Shown: one piece after another, positions 22,334 to 32,096 of the stretch
Layout of the letters: every line of letters begins with the position of its first letter
Numbering within the stretch: the first letter of the stretch is position 1
Source: an uncultured Gemmatimonadales bacterium
Lineage (GTDB): Bacteria > Gemmatimonadota > Gemmatimonadetes > Gemmatimonadales > GWC2-71-9
NCBI GenBank assembly: GCA_963825055.1
Contig: CAWGSK010000007.1
Span: 128,001-192,000 of the forward strand
Direction of reading: 5' to 3'
Length of the DNA stretch: 64,000 bases
Translations under genes and position numbers: made by a program
The notes under the pieces: model-generated
What the model was told of the DNA's origin: nothing
What the model saw: only the letters and a program-made list of their open reading frames with translations
Database searches by the model: none

Positions 22334-24724
22334 ATGATGGCTTCGATTCCCGACATTTTCGCCACCATGGAATACGGACCGGCCCCCGAGGCTGACGCGC
22401 CCGCGCGCGCCTGGCTCGCGGCGCACGGCCGCCTCGGGCATTTCATCAACGGGGAATGGTCCGCGCCGGAGGAGGGTGAGTACTTTGCCACGGAGAACCC
22501 GGCCAACCGGGAGGCGCTGGCGGAAGTTGCGCAGGGCGGGGAAGCGGACGTGGCACGGGCGGTCGCCGCCGCCCGTCAGGCTCAGGCGGGGTGGTGGAAG
22601 CTGGGAGGGCACCGCCGGGCCCGGCATCTCTATGCGCTGGCGCGAGTGGTCCAGCGGCACAGCCGGTTGTTCGCCGTCATGGAGACGCTCGACAACGGCA
22701 AGCCGATCCGGGAATCACGGGACATCGATATCCCGCTCGTGGCCCGGCATTTCTACCATCACGCCGGCTGGGCCCAGCTCATGGACGGGGAGCTCCCCGG
22801 GATGGCCCCGGTCGGGGTGGTGGGCCAGATCATCCCCTGGAACTTCCCGCTCCTGATGCTGGCCTGGAAAGTGGCGCCCGCGCTCGCCATGGGTAACACG
22901 GTGGTGCTGAAGCCCGCCGAGTTTACCCCGCTCACCGCGCTGCTGTTCGCGTCGCTCTGCGCGGAGGCTGGCCTTCCCGAGGGCGTGTTCAACGTCGTCA
23001 CGGGAGACGGGCGCACCGGGGAAGCCCTGGTCGGGCACCCGGATGTCGACAAGATCGCCTTCACGGGGTCGACCGAGGTCGGACGGCTGATTCGCGCGGC
23101 CACGGCCGGGAGCGGCAAGAAGCTGTCGCTCGAGCTGGGCGGCAAGTCGCCGTTCATCGTCTTCGACGACGCCGACCTCGACAGCGTGGTCGAGGGCGTG
23201 GTGGACGCCATCTGGTTCAACCAGGGCCAGGTCTGCTGCGCCGGCTCGCGCATCCTGGCGCAGGAGGGCATTGCCGATCGCCTGGTGGAGAAGCTCAAGG
23301 CCCGCATGGAGACGCTCCGGATCGGCAATCCACTGGACAAGGCGGTGGATATCGGGGCCATCATCGCCCCGGTCCAGCTCGACAAGATCCGCGCCCTGGT
23401 CGACCAGGGCGAGCGCGAGGGGGCCGAGCGCTGGCAACCCAGCTGGAGTTGCCCGACCGAGGGTCTCTTCTACCCGCCCACGCTGTTTACCGGCGTCTCG
23501 CCGTCGAGCACCGTGGCCCAGGTGGAGATCTTCGGGCCGGTGGTCGTGCTGATGACATTCCGGACGCCGGACGAAGCCGTCGAGCTGGCCAACAACACCC
23601 GCTACGGGCTCGCGGCGAGCGTGTGGTCGGAGAGCATCAATCTCGCCCTCGACATCGCGCCCCAGGTGAAGGCCGGGACGGTCTGGATCAACTGCACCAA
23701 CCAGTTCGACGCTGCGTCGGGTTTCGGCGGCTACCGGGAGAGCGGGTTCGGGCGCGAGGGAGGCCGGGAAGGGCTCTGGGAGTACGTGCGCCCGTCCTGG
23801 GAGTCGCGCCATGCCGCCGCCCCGGAGTCGATGTCCGCCGCGCCGCCCGCCGATCCGCCGCGTCCACAGGGTGAGGGCATCGACCGTACCGCCAAGCTGT
23901 ACATCGGCGGCAAGCAGGCCCGCCCGGACGGCGGGTACAGTCTGCACATCACGGGCGCCCGGGGAAAACTCGCCGGCGAGGTCGGGCTCGGTAACCGCAA
24001 GGACATCCGGAACGCCGTCGAGGCCGCGCACAAGGCGCAGCCGGCGTGGGGCAGGGCGGCGGCGCACACGCGGGCGCAGGTGCTCTACTACCTGGCCGAG
24101 AACCTCGGGGCGCGGAGTGATGAGTTCCGGCGGCGCCTCGTGGCACTCGGAGCGGGAACCTCGCGCCAGGCCGGTCGCGAGGTGGACCAGTCGCTCGACC
24201 GGCTGTTCACATGGGCGGCCTGGGCCGACAAGTGGGACGGCGCGGTGCACCATACGCCCTGGCGCAACGTGACACTCGCGATGCCCGAGCCGCTCGGAGT
24301 CGTGGGCGTGGCCTGTCCGGATGCATTCCCGCTCCTCGGTTTCGTGAGCCTGGCGGCGCCGCTCGTCGCGACCGGGAACGCGGTGGTGGCCATACCCTCA
24401 CAGCGCTGGCCGCTCGTTGTCACCGACCTCTACCAGGTACTCGATACCTCCGACGTCCCGGGCGGGGTGCTCAATGTCGTGACCGGGCACCGGGCCGAAC
24501 TGACCGCGGTGCTCGCGGCACATGACGACGTGGACGGGCTCTGGTACTTCGGAGCGGACGGCGGGAGCGCGGACGTCGAGCGCCTCTCGGCGGGCAACAT
24601 GAAGCGCACCTGGGTCGATCATGGCGTTGCGCGCGAGTGGACCAGCGCCGAACAGGGCGAAGGCCGTGCGTTCCTGCGGCATGCCACGCAGGTGAAGAAT
24701 ATCTGGGTGCCGTACGGCGAGTGA
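22334..24724 (+). CDS. Two-domain aldehyde dehydrogenase (ALDH16-like)
   Basis: PWNFP, FTGST, ELGGKS, NQGQVCC, EIFGP, then a second truncated ALDH domain. Confidence 0.93.
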   Translation: MMASIPDIFATMEYGPAPEADAPARAWLAAHGRLGHFINGEWSAPEEGEYFATENPANREALAEVAQGGEADVARAVAAARQAQAGWWKLGGHRRARHLYALARVVQRHSRLFAVMETLDNGKPIRESRDIDIPLVARHFYHHAGWAQLMDGELPGMAPVGVVGQIIPWNFPLLMLAWKVAPALAMGNTVVLKPAEFTPLTALLFASLCAEAGLPEGVFNVVTGDGRTGEALVGHPDVDKIAFTGSTEVGRLIRAATAGSGKKLSLELGGKSPFIVFDDADLDSVVEGVVDAIWFNQGQVCCAGSRILAQEGIADRLVEKLKARMETLRIGNPLDKAVDIGAIIAPVQLDKIRALVDQGEREGAERWQPSWSCPTEGLFYPPTLFTGVSPSSTVAQVEIFGPVVVLMTFRTPDEAVELANNTRYGLAASVWSESINLALDIAPQVKAGTVWINCTNQFDAASGFGGYRESGFGREGGREGLWEYVRPSWESRHAAAPESMSAAPPADPPRPQGEGIDRTAKLYIGGKQARPDGGYSLHITGARGKLAGEVGLGNRKDIRNAVEAAHKAQPAWGRAAAHTRAQVLYYLAENLGARSDEFRRRLVALGAGTSRQAGREVDQSLDRLFTWAAWADKWDGAVHHTPWRNVTLAMPEPLGVVGVACPDAFPLLGFVSLAAPLVATGNAVVAIPSQRWPLVVTDLYQVLDTSDVPGGVLNVVTGHRAELTAVLAAHDDVDGLWYFGADGGSADVERLSAGNMKRTWVDHGVAREWTSAEQGEGRAFLRHATQVKNIWVPYGE

Positions 24725-24748
24725 GAAGTAAGAAGTGAGAAGCAGGAA
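24721..24748 (+). repeat. Heptamer tandem array GTRAGAA x4
   Basis: gtgagaa gtaagaa gtgagaa gcaggaa; contains the ALDH stop codon. Confidence 0.7.
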
Positions 24749-24759
24749 CGAAGGCCGGC

Positions 24760-24963
24760 GGCCGGCTCATCCGCGCGCCCACGTTCTACCTGGCGGTCGG
24801 CAGCCAGGCCAATGTCGGTGGCGCCGCCTCGGCGCCCGTCGTGGCATCGGCGTTCCATCCGAGCCTGGCCCCGGTGGGGGTGCTGCTGGCGGTGCTGGGC
24901 TACGCGGTGGGAACCTACGGGGCGTGGGTCTGCGGGCAGTTGATGCGGATGGTGGCGAACTGA
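24760..24963 (+). pseudogene. 3' remnant of a DUF819-like membrane protein gene
   Basis: Translates GRLIRAPTFYLAVGSQANVGGAASAPVVASAFHPSLAPVGVLLAVLGYAVGTYGAWVCGQLM...*; in-frame TGA at 24736 and no start codon upstream. Confidence 0.8.
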
Positions 24964-24971
24964 ACGGGAGG

Positions 24972-25035
24972 CGGCAGTCGGCAATCGGCAAATCGGCAGT
25001 CGGCAGTCGGCAATCGGCAATGGGCAATCGGCAGT
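24972..25035 (+). repeat. Heptamer tandem array CGGCART x9
   Basis: cggcagt/cggcaat units, one 8-nt unit. Confidence 0.95.
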
Positions 25036-25057
25036 TGCGATGGCTCCTCCCCTGAAA

Positions 25058-25085
25058 CACTACTCACTACCCACTACTCACTGCT
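25058..25085 (-). repeat. Heptamer tandem array AGTAGTG x4 (minus strand)
   Basis: cactact cactacc cactact cactgct; contains the ppx stop codon. Confidence 0.85.
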
Positions 25086-26644
25086 CCCTCTTCCACCACC
25101 TCGACCTCCACCCCCAGCACCTTCCCCAGCACGTCCGCCTTGCTGCCGGCGCTCCAGCATTCCAGGCCGATGTCGGCGCTCTTCCGGGCCGGGGAGGCGG
25201 TGATCACGAGGCGTTTCTGGTCCAGGGAGGTCTTGAGCCCCCGGACGGCGCCGACGTGACCCCGGTCGAGGCCGTCCGCCACGCGGAGGATGCCGGAGAG
25301 GCGCCGCACGACAGCCTGCTCGCTCCTGTCCAGCGCCGAGAACCCCTCGTGCTTCCCGCGCGGCCCCTTCTTCCGGTGGTAGCGCGCGATGAGTGCCACG
25401 AGGCTGCGGTCGGAGGGCGCGAGGTTGAGCCGCTCGGCGTGCATGATGAGCTGGTAGCTGTGCTTGTGGTGCTTGCGATAGCTCATCATCTGGCCGATGT
25501 CGTGCAGCAGGGCCGCGGTTTCGAGGAGTCGGCGCTCCTCGGGGCCCGCGCCAAGGTGGCCCTGAAGCTGGGTGAACAGTTCGACGGCCAGGGCCCGCAC
25601 GTGCTCGGCGTGCTCCCGGTCCACCTGGCAGCGCTCGACGAATTCGCGTGCCTCCCGGAGCGGCTCCTCCGGCTCGCCGCGCCCGGCCAGGCCCGCCATC
25701 TCCAGCAGCAGGCCTTCGCGGAGCCCGAAGGCGCTGATGGTCACCTCGCGGGCCTCCACCCAGTCGAGCAGGGCCGACATGATGGCCAGCCCTCCCACGA
25801 TGATGTCGGCACGCTGCGGGTTGAGCCCGGGCAGCTGCCTCCGCTCCTCGGGCGACATGTGGGAGAGCCGGTCCAGCAGCTGCTCCACGTCCGCCACCGC
25901 GACCGTCATCCCGTGGACCTGTCCGACTGTGGGCAGGTCGCGCTGCGCGGCCACCATGCGGCCGAGATTGGTGAAGGTGCCGCCCGACCCGATCACGCGC
26001 GACCGGGTCCATTCGCGACCAGGCAGTGACCTGCGAAGGGCCTTCCTGACTGCGTTCCGGATCTTCCGCACCTGGCGAAAGGGATTCTTCCCGCCCTGGA
26101 GGTACGTCTCGGTGACGCGGACTGCCCCGTACGGCATGGAGGCGGACTGTTCAACCAGGCCGTCCACGGCCCCGATCAGTTCCAGGCTGCCGCCGCCGAT
26201 ATCGGCGACGATCGTGCGACCGCCTGAAAGCTGGAAGTGGTGGTTCACCGAGCGATAGGAGAGGCTCGCCTCGATCTCCTCGTCGATGATCCGGAGCGGG
26301 ATCCCGAGTTCGTCCCGGACCAGGCGGCAGAAGGCCTCGCCGTTAGCTGCGTCGCGTACCGCAGCCGTAGCCACCGCCGCCACGCGGCGCACATTGCGAC
26401 GCTCGCAGACCGCGCGCATCCGGCGCAGCGTCTGGAAGGCCCGCTCCATGGCCTCCTCGCTCAGCAGGCCGGACGCCGCCAGCCCCGCCGCAAGGCGGGG
26501 CTGCTCCTTGACCTCGTCGATGATGCGAAGGCCGGTGGCGGGTTCGTAGGCCGCGACCACCAGCCGGATGGAGTTGGAGCCCACGTCGAGCGCCGCGAAG
26601 GGCTCGCCCGGGGACACGGCCTGCCGGTGGTGCGGGCCGCTCAT
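25067..26644 (-). CDS. ppx: Ppx/GppA exopolyphosphatase with HD domain
   Basis: DVGSNS, ATAAVR, DIGGGS, GLREG, LLHDIG. Confidence 0.93.
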   Translation of the reverse strand: MSGPHHRQAVSPGEPFAALDVGSNSIRLVVAAYEPATGLRIIDEVKEQPRLAAGLAASGLLSEEAMERAFQTLRRMRAVCERRNVRRVAAVATAAVRDAANGEAFCRLVRDELGIPLRIIDEEIEASLSYRSVNHHFQLSGGRTIVADIGGGSLELIGAVDGLVEQSASMPYGAVRVTETYLQGGKNPFRQVRKIRNAVRKALRRSLPGREWTRSRVIGSGGTFTNLGRMVAAQRDLPTVGQVHGMTVAVADVEQLLDRLSHMSPEERRQLPGLNPQRADIIVGGLAIMSALLDWVEAREVTISAFGLREGLLLEMAGLAGRGEPEEPLREAREFVERCQVDREHAEHVRALAVELFTQLQGHLGAGPEERRLLETAALLHDIGQMMSYRKHHKHSYQLIMHAERLNLAPSDRSLVALIARYHRKKGPRGKHEGFSALDRSEQAVVRRLSGILRVADGLDRGHVGAVRGLKTSLDQKRLVITASPARKSADIGLECWSAGSKADVLGKVLGVEVEVVEEGAVSSG

Positions 26645-27357
26645 GCGCCCCCGGTTGCGGGGCCGGCCGGGGTGGGGGATTCCCCGCCGTCCTCCGCATG
26701 GTGCTTGATGGACTTGCCCTCCACCAGGAACACGACGTCTTCCGCCACGTTGGTGGCCAGGTCGGCGACGCGCTCCAGGTTCCGGCTGACCAGGAACAGT
26801 TCCATTCCCGCCCCGATCGTGTGCGGATCTTCCATCATATGCGTGAGCATGATCCGGAAGACCGACTGGTGCAGGGCGTCCACCCGGTCGTCCCGGCGGC
26901 AGATGGCCCTGGCGGCGGTGGCATCGCCCCGGATGAAGGCCTCCAGCGCGTCGGACAGCATTTCCCGCGCGAGGCGGGCCATCTCGACGAGCTCCGGCTC
27001 CGGCATGATCGGTGGGGACTTGCTGAGCCGCTCGGCGGACTGGGCAATGTTCACCGCGTGGTCGCCGACCCGTTCCAGGTCGTTGGCGATCTTCATGGCC
27101 GAGGTCAGCATGCGGAGGTCGCGGGCCATGGGCTGCTGGAGGGCCAGGAGGTTGATGCAGGCCTCCTCCACCTCCATCTCCATGTTATCGATGACCTGGT
27201 CGCCCGCAATGACCTCGCGGGCCTGCCCGGAATCACGTTCCAGGAGGGCCTCGACGGCCTGGCTGAGCGCGGCCTCGGCTTCCCCGGACATGGTGAGGAG
27301 GCGGACCTTGACGGAGTTCAGCTCGTCATGAAAGTGGCGATGGGTCTCGAGACTCAT
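26641..27357 (-). CDS. phoU: Phosphate signalling protein PhoU
   Basis: [26 protein letters not shown]. Confidence 0.96.
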   Translation of the reverse strand: MSLETHRHFHDELNSVKVRLLTMSGEAEAALSQAVEALLERDSGQAREVIAGDQVIDNMEMEVEEACINLLALQQPMARDLRMLTSAMKIANDLERVGDHAVNIAQSAERLSKSPPIMPEPELVEMARLAREMLSDALEAFIRGDATAARAICRRDDRVDALHQSVFRIMLTHMMEDPHTIGAGMELFLVSRNLERVADLATNVAEDVVFLVEGKSIKHHAEDGGESPTPAGPATGGA

Positions 27358-28187
27358 CCGAATCTCCCGGTAATGTAGGCCTCGGTCCGTTCCTCGGACG
27401 GAGCAGTGAAGACCTGGTCGGTCTCGCCGAACTCAATCAGCTTACCGCCGTCCAGGAATGCAGTATAGTCGCTCACCCGCGCCGCCTGCTGCATGTTGTG
27501 GGTGACGATCACGATCGTGTATTGCGCCTTCAACTCGATGATCAGCTCCTCCACCCGTTGCGTCGCGACGGGGTCCAGCGCGGAGCACGGCTCATCCATG
27601 AGCAGGACTTCCGGGCGGTTGCCGAGCGCCCGTGCAATGCAGAGCCGCTGCTGCTGGCCACCCGACAGCCCCGTGGCGGGCTCTTCGAGCCGGTCCTTCA
27701 CCTCGTCCCACAGCGCAGCCCGTCGCAGGCATTCCTCCACCAGGTCGGGCAGGTCACGTTTCGGCACCAGGGCGTTGAGCGCCGGGCCGTACGCCACGTT
27801 CGCGAAGATGGACTTCGGGAACGGGTTCGGCCGCTGGAAGACCATCCCCACCCTCTGACGGAGGGTCACCAGGTCGACGCCGGGCGCGTATACCGAGTCC
27901 CCGAGGAGCTTGAGGTCTCCCTGGTGGGACGTGCCGAGGATCAGGTCGTTCATCCGGTTGATGGAGCGGAGGAACGTGGACTTGCCGCAACCGGAGGGCC
28001 CGATAATGGCCGTGACCGCCTGCAGGGGAACGGACAGGGTAATGCCCTTCAGGACCTCGCCCTTCCCGTAGGAGAAGCAAAAATCCTCCGCCTGGACCGC
28101 CGGTGCGCCCGGCCCCGGGTTGTCGGGGCGCGGGGCCAGGGTGCGGCGGATGCCCGGAATGAGGCCACGCGACGCAGGGGCGCTCAC
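27354..28187 (-). CDS. pstB: Phosphate ABC transporter ATPase (copy 2)
   Basis: [29 protein letters not shown]. Confidence 0.95.
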   Translation of the reverse strand: MSAPASRGLIPGIRRTLAPRPDNPGPGAPAVQAEDFCFSYGKGEVLKGITLSVPLQAVTAIIGPSGCGKSTFLRSINRMNDLILGTSHQGDLKLLGDSVYAPGVDLVTLRQRVGMVFQRPNPFPKSIFANVAYGPALNALVPKRDLPDLVEECLRRAALWDEVKDRLEEPATGLSGGQQQRLCIARALGNRPEVLLMDEPCSALDPVATQRVEELIIELKAQYTIVIVTHNMQQAARVSDYTAFLDGGKLIEFGETDQVFTAPSEERTEAYITGRFG

Positions 28188-28948
28188 CCGAACCGCCCGG
28201 TGACGTAGGCTTCGGTCTGCTCGTTGTGCGGCGTCGTGAACATCTGCTTCGTCTGTCCCGTTTCGACCATCGTGCCCAGGTAGAAGAAGGTGGTCGTGTC
28301 CGACACGCGCGCGGCCTGTTGCAGGTTGTGCGTCACGATCACGATGGTGAACTCCCGCTTGAGGTCGAACAGCAGTTCCTCGATGCGCTGGGTACTCTGC
28401 GGGTCGAGCGAGGCCGTCGGTTCGTCCAGGAGGATGACTTCGGGTCTCGGCGCGATCGTCCTGGCGATGCAGAGCCGCTGCTGCTGCCCGCCGGAGAGTG
28501 CGAGAGCGCTGCCCTTGAGGCGGTCCTTCACTTCATCCCAGAGGGCGGCCTGGCGCAGCGCCTGCTCCACGGCTTCGCCCATCCGGGCCCGGCCCAGGCC
28601 ACCATTGATCCGGAGGCCCGCCGCCACGTTGTCGTAAATCGACATGGTCGGGAACGGCGTGGGGCGCTGGAACACCATCCCGATCCGGCGCCGCAGCTGC
28701 ATCACGCTCACCCGGGGATGGTAGATATCCGCGCCGTCCAGCAGCACCGTCCCGGTGATCCAGCCACCCTCGACCAGCTCATGCATCCGGTTCATGGTCC
28801 GCAGGAACGTGCTCTTCCCGCACCCCGACGGTCCGATGAGCGCGTTCACGGTGTTGGCCGCGAAACCGATGCTCACGTTCTTGACGGCAGTGAACTTGCC
28901 GTACATCGCCGTGAGCTTGTCGGTGGCGAGAATCGAGTCAGCGGACAC
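28184..28948 (-). CDS. pstB: Phosphate ABC transporter ATPase (copy 1)
   Basis: [29 protein letters not shown]. Confidence 0.95.
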   Translation of the reverse strand: MSADSILATDKLTAMYGKFTAVKNVSIGFAANTVNALIGPSGCGKSTFLRTMNRMHELVEGGWITGTVLLDGADIYHPRVSVMQLRRRIGMVFQRPTPFPTMSIYDNVAAGLRINGGLGRARMGEAVEQALRQAALWDEVKDRLKGSALALSGGQQQRLCIARTIAPRPEVILLDEPTASLDPQSTQRIEELLFDLKREFTIVIVTHNLQQAARVSDTTTFFYLGTMVETGQTKQMFTTPHNEQTEAYVTGRFG

Positions 28949-29780
28949 GGAACTTCCCGCGCGTGGCGAGGCGGGCCGCGATGCTCAGTACCAGGACCAC
29001 CAGGATCAGGACCAGCGCTGCCGCCCACGCCATGCGGTGCCATTCCTCATAGGGGCCCGTGGCGTAGACGAACACCGCAAGCGGCAGCGCCGCCATCGGC
29101 CGGGACGGGTCGAGCGAGAAGAACTGGCTCCCGAGGGCCGTGAACAGGAGCGGCGCGGTTTCGCCCGCCACGCGCGCCACGGCGAGCAGTATCCCGGTAA
29201 TGATCCCGGGCAGCGTGGCGCGGACGACCACGGTCAGGCTGGTCCGCCAGCGCGCATACCCAAGGGCCAGCGCGGCTTCCCGGAGGCTGTTGGGCACCAG
29301 CTTGATCATTTCCTCGGTGGTGCGCATGACCATCGGCACCATGAGCAGGGCGAGTGCCACACTGCCGGCGAACGCCGAAAAGTGTTTCTGGGCCGCCACG
29401 ATCCACGCCCACGCAAACACTCCCACGACGATCGAGGGCGTCCCGTTCATGACGTCGGCCACGAAGCGGGTCGTGACGGCGAGGCGAGTCCCGGGGTACT
29501 CCGAGGCATAGATGCCGGCGCCGATACCGATGGGAAGGCCGAGGAGGCAGGCCAGTCCCACGATGATGAGCGTCCCCACGATGGCGTGGGCCACCCCGCC
29601 GCCAGTCTGCCCCGGCGGCGCCGGCATCTCGGTGAAGAACGCCAGGTTCAGGCTGCCCGCGCCCTTGATGACCAGGTTGAGGAGGATGAAGATCAGCGGC
29701 AGCAGCGCGAGGATGACGCACGCCGCCATGAGCCCCACCATCACCCGTCCGCGGAAGCGGCGTAAGGTCCGGCGGTTCAC
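28938..29780 (-). CDS. pstA: Phosphate ABC transporter permease
   Basis: [24 protein letters not shown]. Confidence 0.95.
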   Translation of the reverse strand: MNRRTLRRFRGRVMVGLMAACVILALLPLIFILLNLVIKGAGSLNLAFFTEMPAPPGQTGGGVAHAIVGTLIIVGLACLLGLPIGIGAGIYASEYPGTRLAVTTRFVADVMNGTPSIVVGVFAWAWIVAAQKHFSAFAGSVALALLMVPMVMRTTEEMIKLVPNSLREAALALGYARWRTSLTVVVRATLPGIITGILLAVARVAGETAPLLFTALGSQFFSLDPSRPMAALPLAVFVYATGPYEEWHRMAWAAALVLILVVLVLSIAARLATRGKFRVR

Positions 29781-30763
29781 AGCGCCCGGCTCCCCGGGCC
29801 GGCCCCGCGCGAGACCCGCCAGATGAGCAGGCGCGCGCCGGCGTTTACCACCACCGTCACCACGAACAGCAGCAGTGCGATGTAGGCCAGCGAGGCGAGG
29901 TGGATATCCGTCACCGCCTCGGTGAACTCGTTGGCGATCGCCGCCGCCATGGTGTAGCCCGGTGCCAGCAGGGATGAGGCGATCTCGTGCCGGTTACCGA
30001 TCAGCATGGTCACGGCCATCGTCTCACCCAGCGCCCGGCCGAGGCCGAGGATCACCGCGCCGATGATACCGCTCTTCGCGTAGGGCACGACCGCGGTGGT
30101 CACCGCCTCCCAGCGGGTGGCGCCCAGCGCGAGCGAGGCCTCGCGCTGGCTGTCCGGTACCGCGAGCAGCACCTCCCGGGTCACGGACATGATGTACGGC
30201 ATGATCATGATCGCGAGGATGAGGCTGGCGGACAGCATCGAGGGCCCGTAGATCGGCCCCTGGAAGAACGGCAGGAAGCCGAGTGTCGCCTGCAGGAAGG
30301 GAAAGAGCGTCTTCGTCAGGACGGGAATCAGCACGAAGATGCCCCACAGGCCGTACACCACGCTGGGGATCGCCGCGAGGAGCTCGAGCATGAACGCCAC
30401 CGGCTGCCGGATGGCCTGGGGCGCGAACTCTGTCAGGTAGATCGAGACGCCGAGGGACAGGGGCACGGCGATCAGCAGCGCCAGCGCGGACGAGAGCAGG
30501 GTGCCGAAGATCAGGGGAGCCGCCCCGAATCGTTCGGCCACTGGATCCCAGACGCTGGAGAAGGCGAACCCGATTCCGAAACGCTCGATGGCGGGCCAGG
30601 CCCCATGGATGAGCTGCCAGGCCAGCATGACCATGAGGATCGGGATGCCGAGCGCCGCCACCGTCAGCAGCAGGCGGAACAGGCGATCGGCATGCCCGGA
30701 CCGCTTGAGCGACTCCGGGACGATCTGGGTCGATCCGGTGGACGGCTGCACGGGTGTGGTCAT
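29777..30763 (-). CDS. pstC: Phosphate ABC transporter permease
   Basis: AIPSVVYGLWG, GLGRALGETMAV. Confidence 0.95.
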   Translation of the reverse strand: MTTPVQPSTGSTQIVPESLKRSGHADRLFRLLLTVAALGIPILMVMLAWQLIHGAWPAIERFGIGFAFSSVWDPVAERFGAAPLIFGTLLSSALALLIAVPLSLGVSIYLTEFAPQAIRQPVAFMLELLAAIPSVVYGLWGIFVLIPVLTKTLFPFLQATLGFLPFFQGPIYGPSMLSASLILAIMIMPYIMSVTREVLLAVPDSQREASLALGATRWEAVTTAVVPYAKSGIIGAVILGLGRALGETMAVTMLIGNRHEIASSLLAPGYTMAAAIANEFTEAVTDIHLASLAYIALLLFVVTVVVNAGARLLIWRVSRGAGPGSRAL

Positions 30764-30799
30764 GGCGGGTGGAGTCTACTCGGGGCCGGCGGTGACCAT

Positions 30800-30826
30800 G
30801 TCACGGCAATGTAACGGACGTGTCAC
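30800..30826. promoter_or_regulatory. PHO-box-like array upstream of pstC
   Basis: GTCAC/GTAAC/GTCAC at 30800, 30811, 30822 (11-bp period). Confidence 0.7.
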
Positions 30827-30843
30827 GGGGGAGGAATGCAGGA

Positions 30844-30869
30844 CGGCCGGCCCCGTGGGGGGCCGGCCG
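30844..30869 (-). terminator. Hairpin between pstS and pstC (terminator or mRNA stabiliser)
   Basis: Perfect 11-bp stem cggccggcccc/ggggccggccg. Confidence 0.6.
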
Positions 30870-30899
30870 CCTGTGACGATGGGCCGCTCGACGTGCCGC

Positions 30900-31976
30900 T
30901 CAGCTGGCCGGGAGGGCCTTTCCCGCGGCCTGAAGCGTCTTGATCTTCGCCTCGACCAGGCCCTTCACGGTATCGGGGAGCGGGGCATAGCCCAGGTCGC
31001 TCGCCATCGACTGTGCCTCGGGCGAGATCATCCACTCGAGGTAGTCACGGATAACCTGGGCCTCGCCGGCGTCGGTCGCGTCCGCGTGGACCAGGAGCCA
31101 GGTGAAACTCGCAATCGGATACGCGTCTGCGCCCGGGGCGTTGGTGATGGAGACCCGGAAATCGGTGTCCGGCGTGAGGTTCGCGCTGGCGGCCGCCGCC
31201 GAGACCGCTTCCAGCGTCGGCTGGACGTAGTTCCCTGCCGCGTTCATCACCTCGGCGTAGGGCAGGTCGTTGCTCCTCGCATAGATCAGCTCGACATAGC
31301 CGACCGTGCCCTCCACCTGCTTCACCTGCTGCGTCACGCCCTCGTTGCCCTTGCCGCCGAGCCCGACTGGCCAGTTCACGCTCGTCGCGGCGCCGACCCG
31401 TGACTGCCAGTCGGACGACACCTTGGACAGGTAGTCGGTGAAGACGAACGAGGTCCCGGAGCCGTCCGACCGGTGCACCACGATCAGGTCGCGGTCGGGG
31501 AGCGGGATACCGGGATTGAGCGCCGCGAGACGGCGGTCGTTCCATTTGGTAATCCGGCCCAGGAAGATGTCCGCCAGCGCCGCGCCGTCGAGCTTGAGCT
31601 GGGCGGTCCCGAGCGAGGGCAGGTTGTAGGTCACCACCACCGCGCCCAGCACGGTGGGGATGTGCACGACGTTGCCGTTGACCTTGGCAATCTGCTCATC
31701 CGTCATCGGGCCATCGGTGGCGCCGAAGTCCACGGTGCCCTCCGTGAACTGGCGGATGCCGCCGCCGGAGCCGATGGACTGGTAGTTGATCTGTACGCCC
31801 GTCTTCTGGGCGTAGGCGCCGAACCACCGGGTGTAGATCGGGTTCGGGAAGGTCGCCCCTGCGCCGGTCAGCTGCGTGGGCAGGTCGGCCTTGGCACCGT
31901 CGCCCGAGGACCCGCAGGCGGCCACGGCGCCCGCCAGCGCGGCGGTGGCAAGGAAACTCCGGAAAGTACGGGACAT
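30900..31976 (-). CDS. pstS: Phosphate-binding lipoprotein
   Basis: Lipobox VAAC; GAGATFP, SIGSGGG, RSDGSGT, GGKGNEG. Confidence 0.96.
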   Translation of the reverse strand: MSRTFRSFLATAALAGAVAACGSSGDGAKADLPTQLTGAGATFPNPIYTRWFGAYAQKTGVQINYQSIGSGGGIRQFTEGTVDFGATDGPMTDEQIAKVNGNVVHIPTVLGAVVVTYNLPSLGTAQLKLDGAALADIFLGRITKWNDRRLAALNPGIPLPDRDLIVVHRSDGSGTSFVFTDYLSKVSSDWQSRVGAATSVNWPVGLGGKGNEGVTQQVKQVEGTVGYVELIYARSNDLPYAEVMNAAGNYVQPTLEAVSAAAASANLTPDTDFRVSITNAPGADAYPIASFTWLLVHADATDAGEAQVIRDYLEWMISPEAQSMASDLGYAPLPDTVKGLVEAKIKTLQAAGKALPAS

Positions 31977-32033
31977 CGTCACGTCCTGGTTCGAGGTCTG
32001 GTGTAACGCGCGCCGCAATACAAGCCGCCGCGG

Positions 32034-32071
32034 GTCACGACGGGCGCACGGTTCCGTCACGAAGCCGTAAC
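32034..32071. promoter_or_regulatory. PHO-box-like array upstream of pstS
   Basis: GTCAC/CGCAC/GTCAC/GTAAC at 32034, 32045, 32056, 32067. Confidence 0.72.
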
Positions 32072-32096
32072 GCCCGCCTGAAGGTCACGTTCCCGG

